Of a DNA stretch of 64,000 bases, positions 38,485 through 48,198 are shown piece by piece. Source of the DNA: Nitrososphaerota archaeon (lineage in GTDB: Archaea; Thermoproteota; EX4484-205; JAAOZP01); NCBI GenBank assembly GCA_011605725.1, contig JAAOZP010000003.1:1-64000 (forward strand), given 5' to 3'. The translations under genes and the position numbers were made by a program. Numbering within the stretch: position 1 is the first letter of the stretch; each line of letters begins with the position of its first letter. The notes beneath the pieces are model-generated. The model did not search any database. It worked only from the letters and a program-made list of their open reading frames with translations, and had not been told where the DNA came from.

Positions 38485-39392
38485 TCAAACATTGTTTGCT
38501 ATTTCCCTTAGCTTTTCTCCAACAACTTTGAGGAAATCTTCAAAATCCCTTTGAGGAAGCTCTATTAATAGCCTTCTTTCGAAAGGGTCTTCAAGAAATC
38601 CCTCTACTATTTCCAATCCTTTTCTATTCCTCTCAAGGTTGCTTCTATACTTCCTGTAATAGAGCGATGCTCTTACTTTCTCAAGAATTTCTTTAGCTAA
38701 GTCCTCTATTTTGTAACCGTGTTTTGAGAGCATGAATAAATCATAGAAGTCTCTGAGTTTTTGAGCTCTCCTCGTCAGTATAGCTCTTACTTTTTCACAC
38801 AGGATTTCTCTTTCGTCGTAAGCCATTATTTGAAGAGGCTTATAGAAGTCTATGAATTCTTCGAAATATGCTTTTTCATCTGTTGATAATTTAGCCCCGT
38901 CCAACAAGGTTTTCACAGTGATTTTCTTTATCGGGAAAAGCAATTTCTCTATGAAGTTTACTTGAATCTTTATCAGCTCCGAGTTCTTCCAGAGCTTGAA
39001 CGTCACCATTCTACCTCCACCACCAAACTCGATGAAATTCCTGTTTTTAAGCTCGGCTTCAAACCTAAGGCCTAATTTCTCTGAAACTGTTTTCAAAAAA
39101 GAGGCGAAATCCTTTATCTCAGCTAAGAGCTTTCTCCTCAACTTTTTCTCCCCTAAACCGGCCCACATTTCCTGCTCTCTCCATGTAAAGTCTAGGTCAA
39201 CGCTAAACCTGTAGTAGCCGAAGTAACATTTAGTTAAACAGCTACCTCCCTTGAAAAGGTATTTATTGAAGAGGGGTGAGGAGCAGAAATCTTTAAGCAC
39301 TCTATGCAGTATTATGTCTGATTCTATTAAGCTCACATCCTTGATACCCGATTTTCAATTATGAATGAAACAAACTCAGATAAGCCGGGCAT
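38485..39392 (-). CDS. AbiEii nucleotidyltransferase toxin; N-terminus frameshifted (ORF 38485-39336)
   Basis: FKGGSCL.K.YF.YYRFSVDLDF, EK.RA, RDFYDL. Upstream ATG 39392 gives MPGLSEFVSFIIE, which joins SGIKDVSLIESD only with one more A in the run near 39353. Confidence 0.85.
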
Positions 39393-40005
39393 TCCTAATA
39401 ACCCTTTCAACACTCTTTGGATACAGTTTAAGATACGCTTCGATTTTCCTTCTATCCAGGTTCCTTGCATATTCGCGTATTGTTGAAATTATTTTCTCCT
39501 CCGGTAAACCACGGTATCTGAAGACATAAGTAAAGTCTAGAAGAGTCTTCTCCGCGTCGGAGAACCTAATGCCGTCTCTATCTACCACCCCTAGGCTGAG
39601 AAGCCTGCTCTTAAGCTTAAGAAACTTCACCTTTTCACCGGCTATCTCTATTTCCTTAGGCCGATAGATCTCATTATTCACCACGAAGATCGTCCTGAAA
39701 AACTCATGAGTAAGACCATTAAGCCTGAGCGCAGTGTAGAGCCCGAAGTACCAGTTAAGCCCAAGCCTGTTCAACCCTAGAGAGATAACCCTATAAGGGT
39801 CTACGGATTTCTTGAGTTTAAACTCCTCGATAGTCTTCACATAATATAGGCCTCTCAGGATCCTGATGAAATACCCATAGGATATCATGAAATTAATCGT
39901 ATTAACATGGTTCACCCGGAACCTTTTACAGTTTTTCTCCACCTCCTCTCTAGTAATAACGCTGCCTCCGAACCTCGATAAAAGGAACTTCGTTACAATT
40001 CTCAT
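39376..40005 (-). CDS. AbiEi-type type IV antitoxin
   Basis: GYFIRILRGLYYV, WYFGLYTALRLNGLTHE, SDAEKTLLDF; directly upstream of AbiEii. Confidence 0.88.
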   Translation of the reverse strand: MRIVTKFLLSRFGGSVITREEVEKNCKRFRVNHVNTINFMISYGYFIRILRGLYYVKTIEEFKLKKSVDPYRVISLGLNRLGLNWYFGLYTALRLNGLTHEFFRTIFVVNNEIYRPKEIEIAGEKVKFLKLKSRLLSLGVVDRDGIRFSDAEKTLLDFTYVFRYRGLPEEKIISTIREYARNLDRRKIEAYLKLYPKSVERVIRNARLI

Positions 40006-40297
40006 GATAGTTATTCATGTAACAACCTTTAAAAATCTTTCTGATTGTTACACAAGTCGTTAGGTCCGATGACAAAGGAAGTCTTCATCAAGCATCACAA
40101 GCTTCCCGATGCGCGCGTACGTCAGTTATATGGATTCCCCGATGAAAATTAAATATACGTATGTTATGCACCGCCCATGAAGCATAAGGCAATCGCGCGC
40201 TGTTCTCAAACCTCTTAGCTCGCGCTAAGGCACCAGGGAGAGCTGCCTTTAACCTGTCCAATAAGTTTATGAATACTTTTACTACTTCCTTAAACAG

Positions 40298-41275
40298 ATG
40301 AATAAGACGCCAGAGTATTTTCTAGTCTCCGTGTCCACTCGAGAAAACCTTGAACTGTGCGAAAAGCATGCTTTAGCCGGTTTCACAAACAGCGTCAACG
40401 GGCTCTGGACGTTCTTAGACATTGACGAGGGGGATTTCATATCTTTCCTTTACGGCGCAAGAGTGTATAACCTTTACAGGGTCTTAAGGAAAGAGGCTTT
40501 CAAGAATGCGGACAGGCTTCCCCCGTGGCCTCCTGTCACGTTCAAGATGTCGGGCAAAACCTATTACTTTCCCTTCAGGCTGCATCTTGAGCAGGAGAGG
40601 GTTTTAAACGAGCCTATGGTGAGGCCTGAATTCGCATATGTTGCTGAAAACCTGCTTTTAAGAGGAGGATATAGGAAGACGCATTTCCAGGCGGATACAG
40701 TAACCCTGTATAATGTTTCCAACATGGGTTCTCGTTTCGAAGGTGAAAACGAGCAGCTTCATCTAGGAAAGGAGGTTTTTCAGCCCAAGATCGTTTTTAG
40801 AAAAGGGAAGGAGGATTCAGAAAGGTTTCGCTTCCATGAACTTGTTTTACAGAGCTTGGTTAGAAAGAAGATTAGAGACGGGGCGCTGAGCATGATTCTG
40901 GAACACTTTGAAGTAAGCCACCCGCCCGGTGAGTTCGAGGTTCTGGGGGAAAAGGCGCTGCCAGAGGGGTTCGTAGATATTTTCATTAAAATGAAGCATC
41001 CGGAGGGAGGCAATTTATACCTTGTGATTGAAGTTAAAACAGGTGGAGCAAGCCCTCAGGAAGTGGCTCAACTCGAGTCATACATAAATGAGCTTGGAAG
41101 CGAATGTAAAGGGGGAGTCCTAGTGGCGAAAAGCTTTTCCAAGAGGACAATGGCTGATTGTAAATCTAAGAGGATTCTGCCGGTTAAATACTATTTTAAA
41201 AACTTGGATGAGGAAAAAGAGTATGCTTATGAGGAATTATTGGGTGCCTTACGGTTGGAACCGATGAACCTCTAA
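40298..41275 (+). CDS. EVE-like domain + NucS-like PD-(D/E)xK endonuclease
   Basis: N-term TRENL.LC...GD.ISFLY...W...YFPFR; C-term E..LQ...E..LPEGFVDI...VIEVK......QL.SY. Confidence 0.78.
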   Translation: MNKTPEYFLVSVSTRENLELCEKHALAGFTNSVNGLWTFLDIDEGDFISFLYGARVYNLYRVLRKEAFKNADRLPPWPPVTFKMSGKTYYFPFRLHLEQERVLNEPMVRPEFAYVAENLLLRGGYRKTHFQADTVTLYNVSNMGSRFEGENEQLHLGKEVFQPKIVFRKGKEDSERFRFHELVLQSLVRKKIRDGALSMILEHFEVSHPPGEFEVLGEKALPEGFVDIFIKMKHPEGGNLYLVIEVKTGGASPQEVAQLESYINELGSECKGGVLVAKSFSKRTMADCKSKRILPVKYYFKNLDEEKEYAYEELLGALRLEPMNL

Positions 41276-41331
41276 GTTCCAAAAACGTTTTAAACATCAA
41301 TCGTATAGGGGATCTTTAGGGGTGAAGGAAG

Positions 41332-41574
41332 ATGCCTGAAGTAGAATCCAGCATCATTTCCAAAATCATAAAATGCAAAGGGTATCATAAGCATGTACCG
41401 GAATACGGAGAAAGAGCTTGGATTGCTGAAGGGGAAACGGTGAATGTCATTTACTGGGATGCGGGAAACACTTGGTGCGACATAATGGACGTGGTTCCTA
41501 AAAAAGGAAGGGGACAGAAAGAGGTCGTAGAATTTTATAGAAAGCTCAGGAAGGCAGTAAGGAAATATTACTGA
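41332..41574 (+). CDS. Hypothetical protein
   Basis: 80 aa, GGTGA SD upstream. Confidence 0.65.
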   Translation: MPEVESSIISKIIKCKGYHKHVPEYGERAWIAEGETVNVIYWDAGNTWCDIMDVVPKKGRGQKEVVEFYRKLRKAVRKYY

Positions 41575-41735
41575 ACGTTGATTTCGAACTCCTGTCTTTA
41601 TTAGCACGCGCTGTAGGCGCGCGCGGCTCTTCAGGGTCTTTCTATCGGTGAGGATGCTGATTTAACCTAGCGTGCGCTCGAGAAAAGAAGTTGGATTGGT
41701 AAAACTTTAAATACTAGTAAAACTTTTCCAAAAAC

Positions 41736-41999
41736 GTGGAAGAAATAGAAGACGTTACAAAGGTTTCTTCAAAGGGTCAGGTCGTGATTCCGAAAGAGAT
41801 AAGGGAGAGGCTTGGAATTCTTCCTGGAGAAAAAATCATAGTAATGACTAGGGATGATGAAATAGTTTTGAAGAAGGCGAGAAAGCTACGCTTAGAAGAG
41901 TTATCTGAAAAAATAGTCGGCGTCGCTGAAAGAAACAAGATAGATGCGGAAAAGCTTATAGACGAGGCCATAAAATGGGCAAGATCAAAGCGGTCTTAG
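41736..41999 (+). CDS. AbrB/MazE-type antitoxin
   Basis: TKVSSKGQVVIPKEIRERLGILPGEK. Confidence 0.92.
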   Translation: MEEIEDVTKVSSKGQVVIPKEIRERLGILPGEKIIVMTRDDEIVLKKARKLRLEELSEKIVGVAERNKIDAEKLIDEAIKWARSKRS

Positions 42000-42406
42000 A
42001 CACGAACATTCTCGTATCGCTTCTGTTTAAAAAAGGTTTGGCAAAGGAATTCTCCAAGCTAATGGAGAAGGGGAGCGTTGAATTCTACTCTTCAGAAGAA
42101 ATACTGGGAGAGTTGGCCAGAGTACTGACTTACCTGAAAATCGAACAGGTGTTTAAAAAGGCGGGGATAAATAAAACAACAGCATTAGAATCCATAGTAG
42201 AAATATTAAAGATAGTGAATCCCAAAGTTAAGGTTGACGCCGTAAAAAGTGACCCGTTAGATAATAAGGTTTTAGAGTGTGCGCTCGAAGCAGGAGCAAA
42301 CTACGTAGTTAGTGGGGACAGGCATTTGCTCGAGTTGAGAAGATTCAGAAAAATAGAAATATTGACAGCAAGAGAATTTTTGGAAGAAACAAGTTCATCC
42401 TCATAG
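41975..42406 (+). CDS. vapC: PIN-domain toxin
   Basis: VLDTNILVS, E, DPLDNKVLECA, VVSGDRHLL; overlaps the antitoxin. Confidence 0.92.
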   Translation: MGKIKAVLDTNILVSLLFKKGLAKEFSKLMEKGSVEFYSSEEILGELARVLTYLKIEQVFKKAGINKTTALESIVEILKIVNPKVKVDAVKSDPLDNKVLECALEAGANYVVSGDRHLLELRRFRKIEILTAREFLEETSSSS

Positions 42407-42419
42407 AGTCGTTTCAAGA

Positions 42420-43013
42420 TCACGTGTTTAAAGCTCGCGCGCTTGAAACCAGTTTCTCAAGTTTCTTGAAATCTTCCTCCATCTTCCTCCTGATGCTTGG
42501 GAACCTCATTCCCGCAGCCGGGTGGAAAGTTGGAAAACAGGTTACTTGCCCCTTCCTCATAAGCTTCCCATGGCTTTTCGATATGGAGACTTTTTCGTTG
42601 GGAAACAATGCTTTAAGGGCAACATTTCCAAGAACCACGATTAACCTTGGCTTGATGATTTCGATTTGCTCGAGGAAAAACGGTTTGCAGGCTTCAACCT
42701 CGTCTTTCACAGGCGGCCTGTTTTTAGGCGTGTGACACTTAACTACTCCAGTTATAAAGACTTCACTCCTTTCTAGGCCTATTTGGCTCAGAAGCTTTTC
42801 AAAAAATTTCCCAGACATTCCTACGAATGGTTTTCCTTGAGCATCCTCGTTTCTCCCAGGATTCTGCCCAAGAAACATTATCTTCGCGTTAGAAGGGCCT
42901 TCTCCAGGAACAGCGTTAACCCTTATCCTCCAAAGCCTGCATCTTCTACACTCCTTTATTCTTTTTTCAAGCTTAAGCAGTTTCCTATGCTTCTCCATTC
43001 TTAATCTTCCCAA
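42420..43013 (-). CDS. udg: Uracil-DNA glycosylase, family 4
   Basis: CRRCRL, VPGEG, GQNPG..ED..G.PFVG, VKCHTPKNR.P, C, TFHPAA. Confidence 0.92.
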   Translation of the reverse strand: MGRLRMEKHRKLLKLEKRIKECRRCRLWRIRVNAVPGEGPSNAKIMFLGQNPGRNEDAQGKPFVGMSGKFFEKLLSQIGLERSEVFITGVVKCHTPKNRPPVKDEVEACKPFFLEQIEIIKPRLIVVLGNVALKALFPNEKVSISKSHGKLMRKGQVTCFPTFHPAAGMRFPSIRRKMEEDFKKLEKLVSSARALNT

Positions 43014-43208
43014 TGTTTTTCAAGCCTCCTCCGCCTCTTATTACTTTCGCATTTTTCAAGCTGAGAAGGGCTTTCACCAGCGCTGCTTCATACAAATCCT
43101 TTTTCAAATCGAAAGCGATTCATCCTCGCGCTTGCCCGTAAGCCCTGTTGGCAGGTAATCTTTTTAAATCATGCGCGTAACCAAGGGGTTTCAGCCTGAT
43201 GAGTAAGC

Positions 43209-44468
43209 ATGGATGCGAGCAGCGTGCAGCAGACCGAGCTTAAGCCTTCCCTAGGTCTGTTTGACGCCACTGCCATCAGCATTGGCGCGATTATTGGAGC
43301 AGGCATTTTCATCGTTACAGGTATTGCTGCGGGCTTAGCCGGTTCAGCCCTAGTGGTTTCAATGCTCATAGCAGCAGTAATCGCGTTGTTAACTGCTTTA
43401 AGCATAGCGGAGCTCACGGCCTGGCAACCCTTAGAGGGAAGCATCTATGAATATGCTTACCGATTAATCTCGCCGTTCGCGGGTTTTCTAGCAGGATGGA
43501 TATGGGTTTTGTCAAACACTTTTGCGGGAGCAGCTGTCTCACTGGGCTTCGCGTATTACCTTGCGGCGCTAGCTCCAGTTCTGCCTACTAATCTTATTGC
43601 AGCAATAGTCTGCCTGGGTTTCACGACGCTGAACTTCATCGGGATCCGTCAGTCAGCTTTCACCAACAATATTCTCGTCGCTGCAAAACTGCTCATACTG
43701 GTGTTCTTCATCGTAACCGGTTTCTGCTTCATAAGGGTGGAGAACTTCTCGCGGTTTGAGCCTTTTAAAGCCGGGGTACTCTATGGAGCATTCTACATTT
43801 TCTTCGCCTACGGCGGCTTCGCCAGAGTAGCCGTTGTAGCGGAGGAGGTTAGAAACGCTAGGAAAAATGTTCCAAGAGCAATACTTCTATCCCTAGTAAT
43901 ATCCACGCTGGTTTACATTCTCGTTGGAACCGTAGCCGTCGGGCTTGCAGGAGCCTCAGGTCTTTCAAGCTCGAAATCGCCGTTGACGGATGCAATAAGC
44001 GTGACAGGCAGCACGGCCGCGGTCTACATAGTTTCCGCCGGAGGGCTTGTCGCAACCGCGAGTGTCCTGCTCACATCAATCCTAGGCGTGTCTCGCATGG
44101 TTTATGCGATGGCGAGGAGAAGAGACCTGCCTCAAGCCATGAGCAAGCTGCACGCTAGATTCGGCACACCATATTACTCCATCTGGATAATTGGTGTTTT
44201 AATGACGGTTCTCGCTCTATTCATAGACCTCAGCAGGATTATCGCCATAAGCACTTTCGCACTGCTTTTCTACTATGCTCTGGCAAACATGTCTGCGTTA
44301 AGATTGAGAATTGAGAAACGGCTTTACCCCAGTGTTATCCCAGTCCTAGGCTTAGCCACCTGCCTAATCCTAATGGTTTTTATCCCGCTTGAAGCATGGA
44401 TAATGGGTTCTGCAGGGTTAGCAGCAGGCGTAGCCTTCCACTGGATGAAAAGACGCTTCTCGACATAG
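43209..44468 (+). CDS. APC-family amino acid permease
   Basis: GAIIGAGIF, FFAYGGF, AEEVRN..KNVP, SRMVYAMAR...P, F.TP. Confidence 0.93.
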   Translation: MDASSVQQTELKPSLGLFDATAISIGAIIGAGIFIVTGIAAGLAGSALVVSMLIAAVIALLTALSIAELTAWQPLEGSIYEYAYRLISPFAGFLAGWIWVLSNTFAGAAVSLGFAYYLAALAPVLPTNLIAAIVCLGFTTLNFIGIRQSAFTNNILVAAKLLILVFFIVTGFCFIRVENFSRFEPFKAGVLYGAFYIFFAYGGFARVAVVAEEVRNARKNVPRAILLSLVISTLVYILVGTVAVGLAGASGLSSSKSPLTDAISVTGSTAAVYIVSAGGLVATASVLLTSILGVSRMVYAMARRRDLPQAMSKLHARFGTPYYSIWIIGVLMTVLALFIDLSRIIAISTFALLFYYALANMSALRLRIEKRLYPSVIPVLGLATCLILMVFIPLEAWIMGSAGLAAGVAFHWMKRRFST

Positions 44469-44642
44469 TTGGGGAATGCAGTCTTTCGCCGACACTAGCC
44501 CGTATTCATCACTGCCACTATGCTTTCCCTCTCAGGTTTAAAGACCGATGAAGCTAACCCTACAATCATAGTGGGTAGGCGCGCTAAAGGTTGTTGTCAA
44601 GTGAAGAAGTGTTATCGAGGAAAAGCAGCGCGTTAGCGCGCG

Positions 44643-44738
44643 CGTTGAGACTGTAAAGCCTAGGGAGAAACTGTTAATAGTAATGAGTGAAATCATCGAG
44701 GTCATAACCTAGAAGATTCTTCAAGCGTGCGAGGTTAG
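44643..44738 (+). repeat. About 95-bp direct repeat, copy 1
   Basis: CGTTGAGACTGTAAAGCCTAGGGAGAAACTGTTAATAGTAATGAGTGAAATCATCGAGGTCATAACCTA...TTCTTCAAGCGTGCGAGGTTAG, near-identical to 46516-46609. Confidence 0.92.
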
Positions 44739-44927
44739 GGAGAACAGGGTTATCTGACCCTATGGGTTCGAGTTCGATGTTACCTGCTGCCTGCCGAAGG
44801 AAGCATGGGAGAGTGGAGGCTATGCGTGCTAGAGTTGAATAATCTGCTTCAAAGAGCGCGCTCTTTATGATTGAGAGCAAATCTCAGCATAGTCAATGAA
44901 TATTTCCATCTTTAAAACATAGTTGGA

Positions 44928-46223
44928 TCATGATTCGAGTAGCCATTTCCACAAGGGTAGGAACCTAATCCTCCTGCCATCATGCTTCTCCACTCCTTCA
45001 TAGTCCCAAGTGATCACGGTTAGGTCGCTACAGTCCAGCTCCTTAGAAGCCTTCACTAGCGCGCTTATTTCCCTCTCCTTCGTATCGAAATCCTCTATAT
45101 TGTAGCATACTTGTATTAATTGCTTAATCTTTCCACCGCTCTTTATAATGAAGTCCACCTCCTTATTATTGGAGCTGAAATAGAACAAGTTTTCGTTTGG
45201 AGTGAAACCTTTCTTCAAGAGTTCTGAGAAAACCAGGTTCTCCATAAGCCTGCTCGTGCTTTCAACTCCATTGACGATGAGCAGGCCATTATCCACCAAG
45301 TATATCTTTGGAATAGTCTGCTCCACTTCCTTATAGGACCTAGAATACTTCCTTAAAGTGCATAAAACTAACGAGTCTGAAAAATACTCAACATAGTTGT
45401 AAAGAGTGTTCTTACTAACCTTCATCCCCAAGGATTTAATATAGTTATAAAACTTATGGATTGAAAAATACGTGGACGACACTAAACTCTTAACCATTAA
45501 TCTAAGGACTCTTATGTTCTTAACCTTGAACCTCTCTATTATGTCCCTATAGATAGTAACCTCAAATATTTCCTTCAAGATCTTTTCCCTTTCATTTTCG
45601 AATAGTACTACTTCAGGATAGCTTCCCCTCATGTATTTCTGAAGGAGATTCAGAAGCATAGCTTTCTTTAAAGAGGAAAGATATTTTTCCGCTTCGAAGC
45701 CCTTTGCTCTCAAGAACTCTTTGAAGTTAAAAGGATAAATGTAGTAGGGAAGAGTCCTTCCCCTTAGACTTGTCGCGACCTCCATGGATAGAAGCTTGGA
45801 GGAAGACCCGCTGACATACACTTGAATTCTCTCGCTATCTACAACGCTGCGCACAAACCTTTCCCAATAAGGGACGTTCTGAACCTCGTCTAGGAAAAGG
45901 TAAACCTTTTGCCTCTTATTTTCGGGGTAAATCTCGTAAAAAATATTGAGCATGCTCCTTAAATCCTCTATGGTGCAGCCGATTAGCAAGTCGCTTTCAA
46001 GGTTAACGTAAAGTATTCTGCTTTTATCAATATTGTTACGCAGTAATTCCCCTATAACCTGAAACATGAAGAACGTTTTACCTGCTCTCCTCGGCCCAAT
46101 TATAGATATGGCTCTTCTTATCGGAAGATCAGCTTCAATCCTAAGGTCTCTTTTCACAAGTTTAGGTAACTCGGATTCTTGGAAATCTTTTATCATTCTT
46201 ATCCAGGTCTCTCGCGTTACCAT
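44928..46223 (-). CDS. AAA_14 + DUF4143 ATP-binding protein
   Basis: GPRRAGKT, FLDEVQ, SGSSSKLL, LRGR, GSYPE, KIYLVDNG, EVDF, PLWKWL. Confidence 0.93.
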   Translation of the reverse strand: MVTRETWIRMIKDFQESELPKLVKRDLRIEADLPIRRAISIIGPRRAGKTFFMFQVIGELLRNNIDKSRILYVNLESDLLIGCTIEDLRSMLNIFYEIYPENKRQKVYLFLDEVQNVPYWERFVRSVVDSERIQVYVSGSSSKLLSMEVATSLRGRTLPYYIYPFNFKEFLRAKGFEAEKYLSSLKKAMLLNLLQKYMRGSYPEVVLFENEREKILKEIFEVTIYRDIIERFKVKNIRVLRLMVKSLVSSTYFSIHKFYNYIKSLGMKVSKNTLYNYVEYFSDSLVLCTLRKYSRSYKEVEQTIPKIYLVDNGLLIVNGVESTSRLMENLVFSELLKKGFTPNENLFYFSSNNKEVDFIIKSGGKIKQLIQVCYNIEDFDTKEREISALVKASKELDCSDLTVITWDYEGVEKHDGRRIRFLPLWKWLLES

Positions 46224-46515
46224 CGTATCATGTATAGGGAAACTAATTTAAAAAGTTTCCCTCTTTAGAGAACCATCCCATCTATCTCGACGAATCATTC
46301 ACATATGCCGTCTGAGTGCTTTATTAAATTAAGTCCTCTGTTTTATGCGTCTTAAGAATCCGTAATTGTTGTACTTCTAGCGCGCTAGTATCCTTCTGGG
46401 AGAATTTCCTTCACCCTATCTATGTTCCAGCCGTCTCTTTTCATCAACACAAAATCACAACCCCTTGTAGCGCGCTAAGAATCTTTAGCTCAGAGCAAGA
46501 AACATAAAAAGAAGT

Positions 46516-46609
46516 CGTTGAGACTGTAAAGCCTAGGGAGAAACTGTTAATAGTAATGAGTGAAATCATCGAGGTCATAACCTAACATTCTTCAAGCGCG
46601 CGAGGTTAG
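46516..46609 (+). repeat. About 95-bp direct repeat, copy 2
   Basis: Matches 44643-44738 apart from a few differences near the 3' end. Confidence 0.92.
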
Positions 46610-46702
46610 AATTATACTCTGCTCCGCGCTCGCTACAGGCTTTCTAGTAAATACTGCTGCATTAGGATTTCTAGCTATCATGTTCTGTTTCATATTCACC
46701 AC

Positions 46703-46960
46703 TCAATAAATTTTCTTCCTGTGCCCCACATCTATTAGTATAACTTGTTTATCTTTTTCATTAATCGAGTATATTATCCTATAGTCTCCTACGCGTATTC
46801 TCCAGAGACCTGAAAGCTCGCCGCTAAGCTTAGTCCCTGCATGGGGTTTTTCCATCAGTTCTGATAGAATATCAAATACTCTTTCTTGAACGCTTTTTTC
46901 AACATTTTTAAAACTTCTCCTAAACCTATTCGTAACTATCAGCGAGTATTTAGCTTTCAA
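46703..46960 (-). CDS. relE: RelE/ParE-family toxin
   Basis: KLSGELSGLWRIRVGDYRIIYSI...VGHRKKIY. Confidence 0.93.
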   Translation of the reverse strand: MKAKYSLIVTNRFRRSFKNVEKSVQERVFDILSELMEKPHAGTKLSGELSGLWRIRVGDYRIIYSINEKDKQVILIDVGHRKKIY

Positions 46961-47183
46961 ACAGGGTTCTCCTCAATTCTTCAACGTCCTTTGCAACCAC
47001 ATAGTTTTTCTCCTCGTAATCCTTCAACCCTTCTCTAATCCTCTTCAACCCTTCTTCATCTAGGAGTTCCTCGAGAGTAGATAAGACTGAGTTTACGCCA
47101 TCCAGATGCTTTATCAAGTCTTCGAGCAGATGCCTAGGTAGAGTAATGGTTTCAACCATAATTCTGATAAAGTCAACTCCCAA
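46950..47183 (-). CDS. Putative antitoxin of RelE
   Basis: Acidic 77-aa ORF overlapping the toxin start; TLEELLDEE..KRI.EG..DY. Confidence 0.8.
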   Translation of the reverse strand: MGVDFIRIMVETITLPRHLLEDLIKHLDGVNSVLSTLEELLDEEGLKRIREGLKDYEEKNYVVAKDVEELRRTLFES

Positions 47184-47241
47184 TTTAAACCTTTACTCTC
47201 TACGCGTCAAAAGTAGAGTTGTAGTACAAGACGCTACCGCA

Positions 47242-47657
47242 TTATCGCGAAATCTTAGCGAGCGCGCGCTCTTTAAGTTTTAGCTCTCCAGACTCGTCTC
47301 TCAGATTTAGCAAATCCATGTCAAAAGTAATGATGCAACTTGCCTTAGCCTCATAGGCGACATTGAGGAACTTGTCATCATCAGGGTCTCTGCAAAGCTT
47401 AAATTCCTCTTTTGGTGCAGTCTTCAAAGCACTTCTATAGATCTTATCCAGAATAAGATAGACTCTGGAAAAATCGATTCTATCAGAAACCTTGTTGAAT
47501 TGGATGGCTTTCAAATACTCCTTAAAAAATGCTGTCTGAAAATAGCCACTATTAGTTCGCCATTAAGCACCCTGATGAGAATATCCTTCGACGCTCTGCT
47601 ATCGATGAGTCCAGCTATTAATACAGAAGTATCTAAAACTATTTTATCCTCGCCCAC
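47242..47657 (-). pseudogene. vapC: PIN-domain toxin, frameshifted and 3'-altered
   Basis: MGEDKIVLDTSVLIAGL.../SDSIFKEYLKAI...CRDPDDDKFL......IITFDMDLL; frameshift at ~47540; last codons (ERALA) are the palindrome at 47256-47270. Confidence 0.82.
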
Positions 47658-47845
47658 TTTTTAGCCTCCAGGGCCATTCTCTGCTTTTCTTCTTCAGACA
47701 GATCCTTAAACCTTCCACCCATCCTCTCTAAGATTCGAGCATAGTCAAGCTTCTCCACTATAAAAACATCGCCAACCCTTATGAAAACCAGTTCGTCCTC
47801 AGGATCGAATAATTCCTTAACCTTAGCTACAATCACCTCGGTCAA
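47639..47845 (-). CDS. AbrB-like antitoxin
   Basis: 68 aa ending EAKKWAR, like the antitoxin at 41736 (EAIKWAR); overlaps the PIN gene start. Confidence 0.75.
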   Translation of the reverse strand: MTEVIVAKVKELFDPEDELVFIRVGDVFIVEKLDYARILERMGGRFKDLSEEEKQRMALEAKKWARIK

Positions 47846-48198
47846 CTTCCCCTACCATTCTGAAGACCAATTCCCCTTATAAATCTATGGTTAAAAAGTA
47901 ATAAAGATGTTGCTGGGGAACTTAGATAGAATCCGGAAGAATGTTAGAGAAAACACGTTGAATAAACTCTTACCCAAGAATACCAAGAAATTTAGATTAC
48001 TCGCTTTCTAGGTCGAGCAGGTCCCAGTCGGGCGCACGCTAAAATCTTCAATAAAACTAAGCGCTTTAGAGGAGCAAAAAGATTGAATAATCTACTTAAA
48101 AACTGTAAACAAACCTTATTCTATAAAACCTGCATCTCCATTAGACATATTATTAGCCATCCAAAATAGGTCCACGCGCGCTATCAAGTCTTATATAT

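Noticed and set aside
42985-43122. Short minus-strand ORF (~45 codons) upstream of udg
   Set aside because: Too short and no recognisable motif.
44643-46609. Integron attC or CRISPR interpretation of the repeats and palindromes
   Set aside because: The TAAC...GTTAG stem is only about 35 bp with no clear L boxes. There are no regularly spaced 25-40 bp repeats, and no intI or cas genes.
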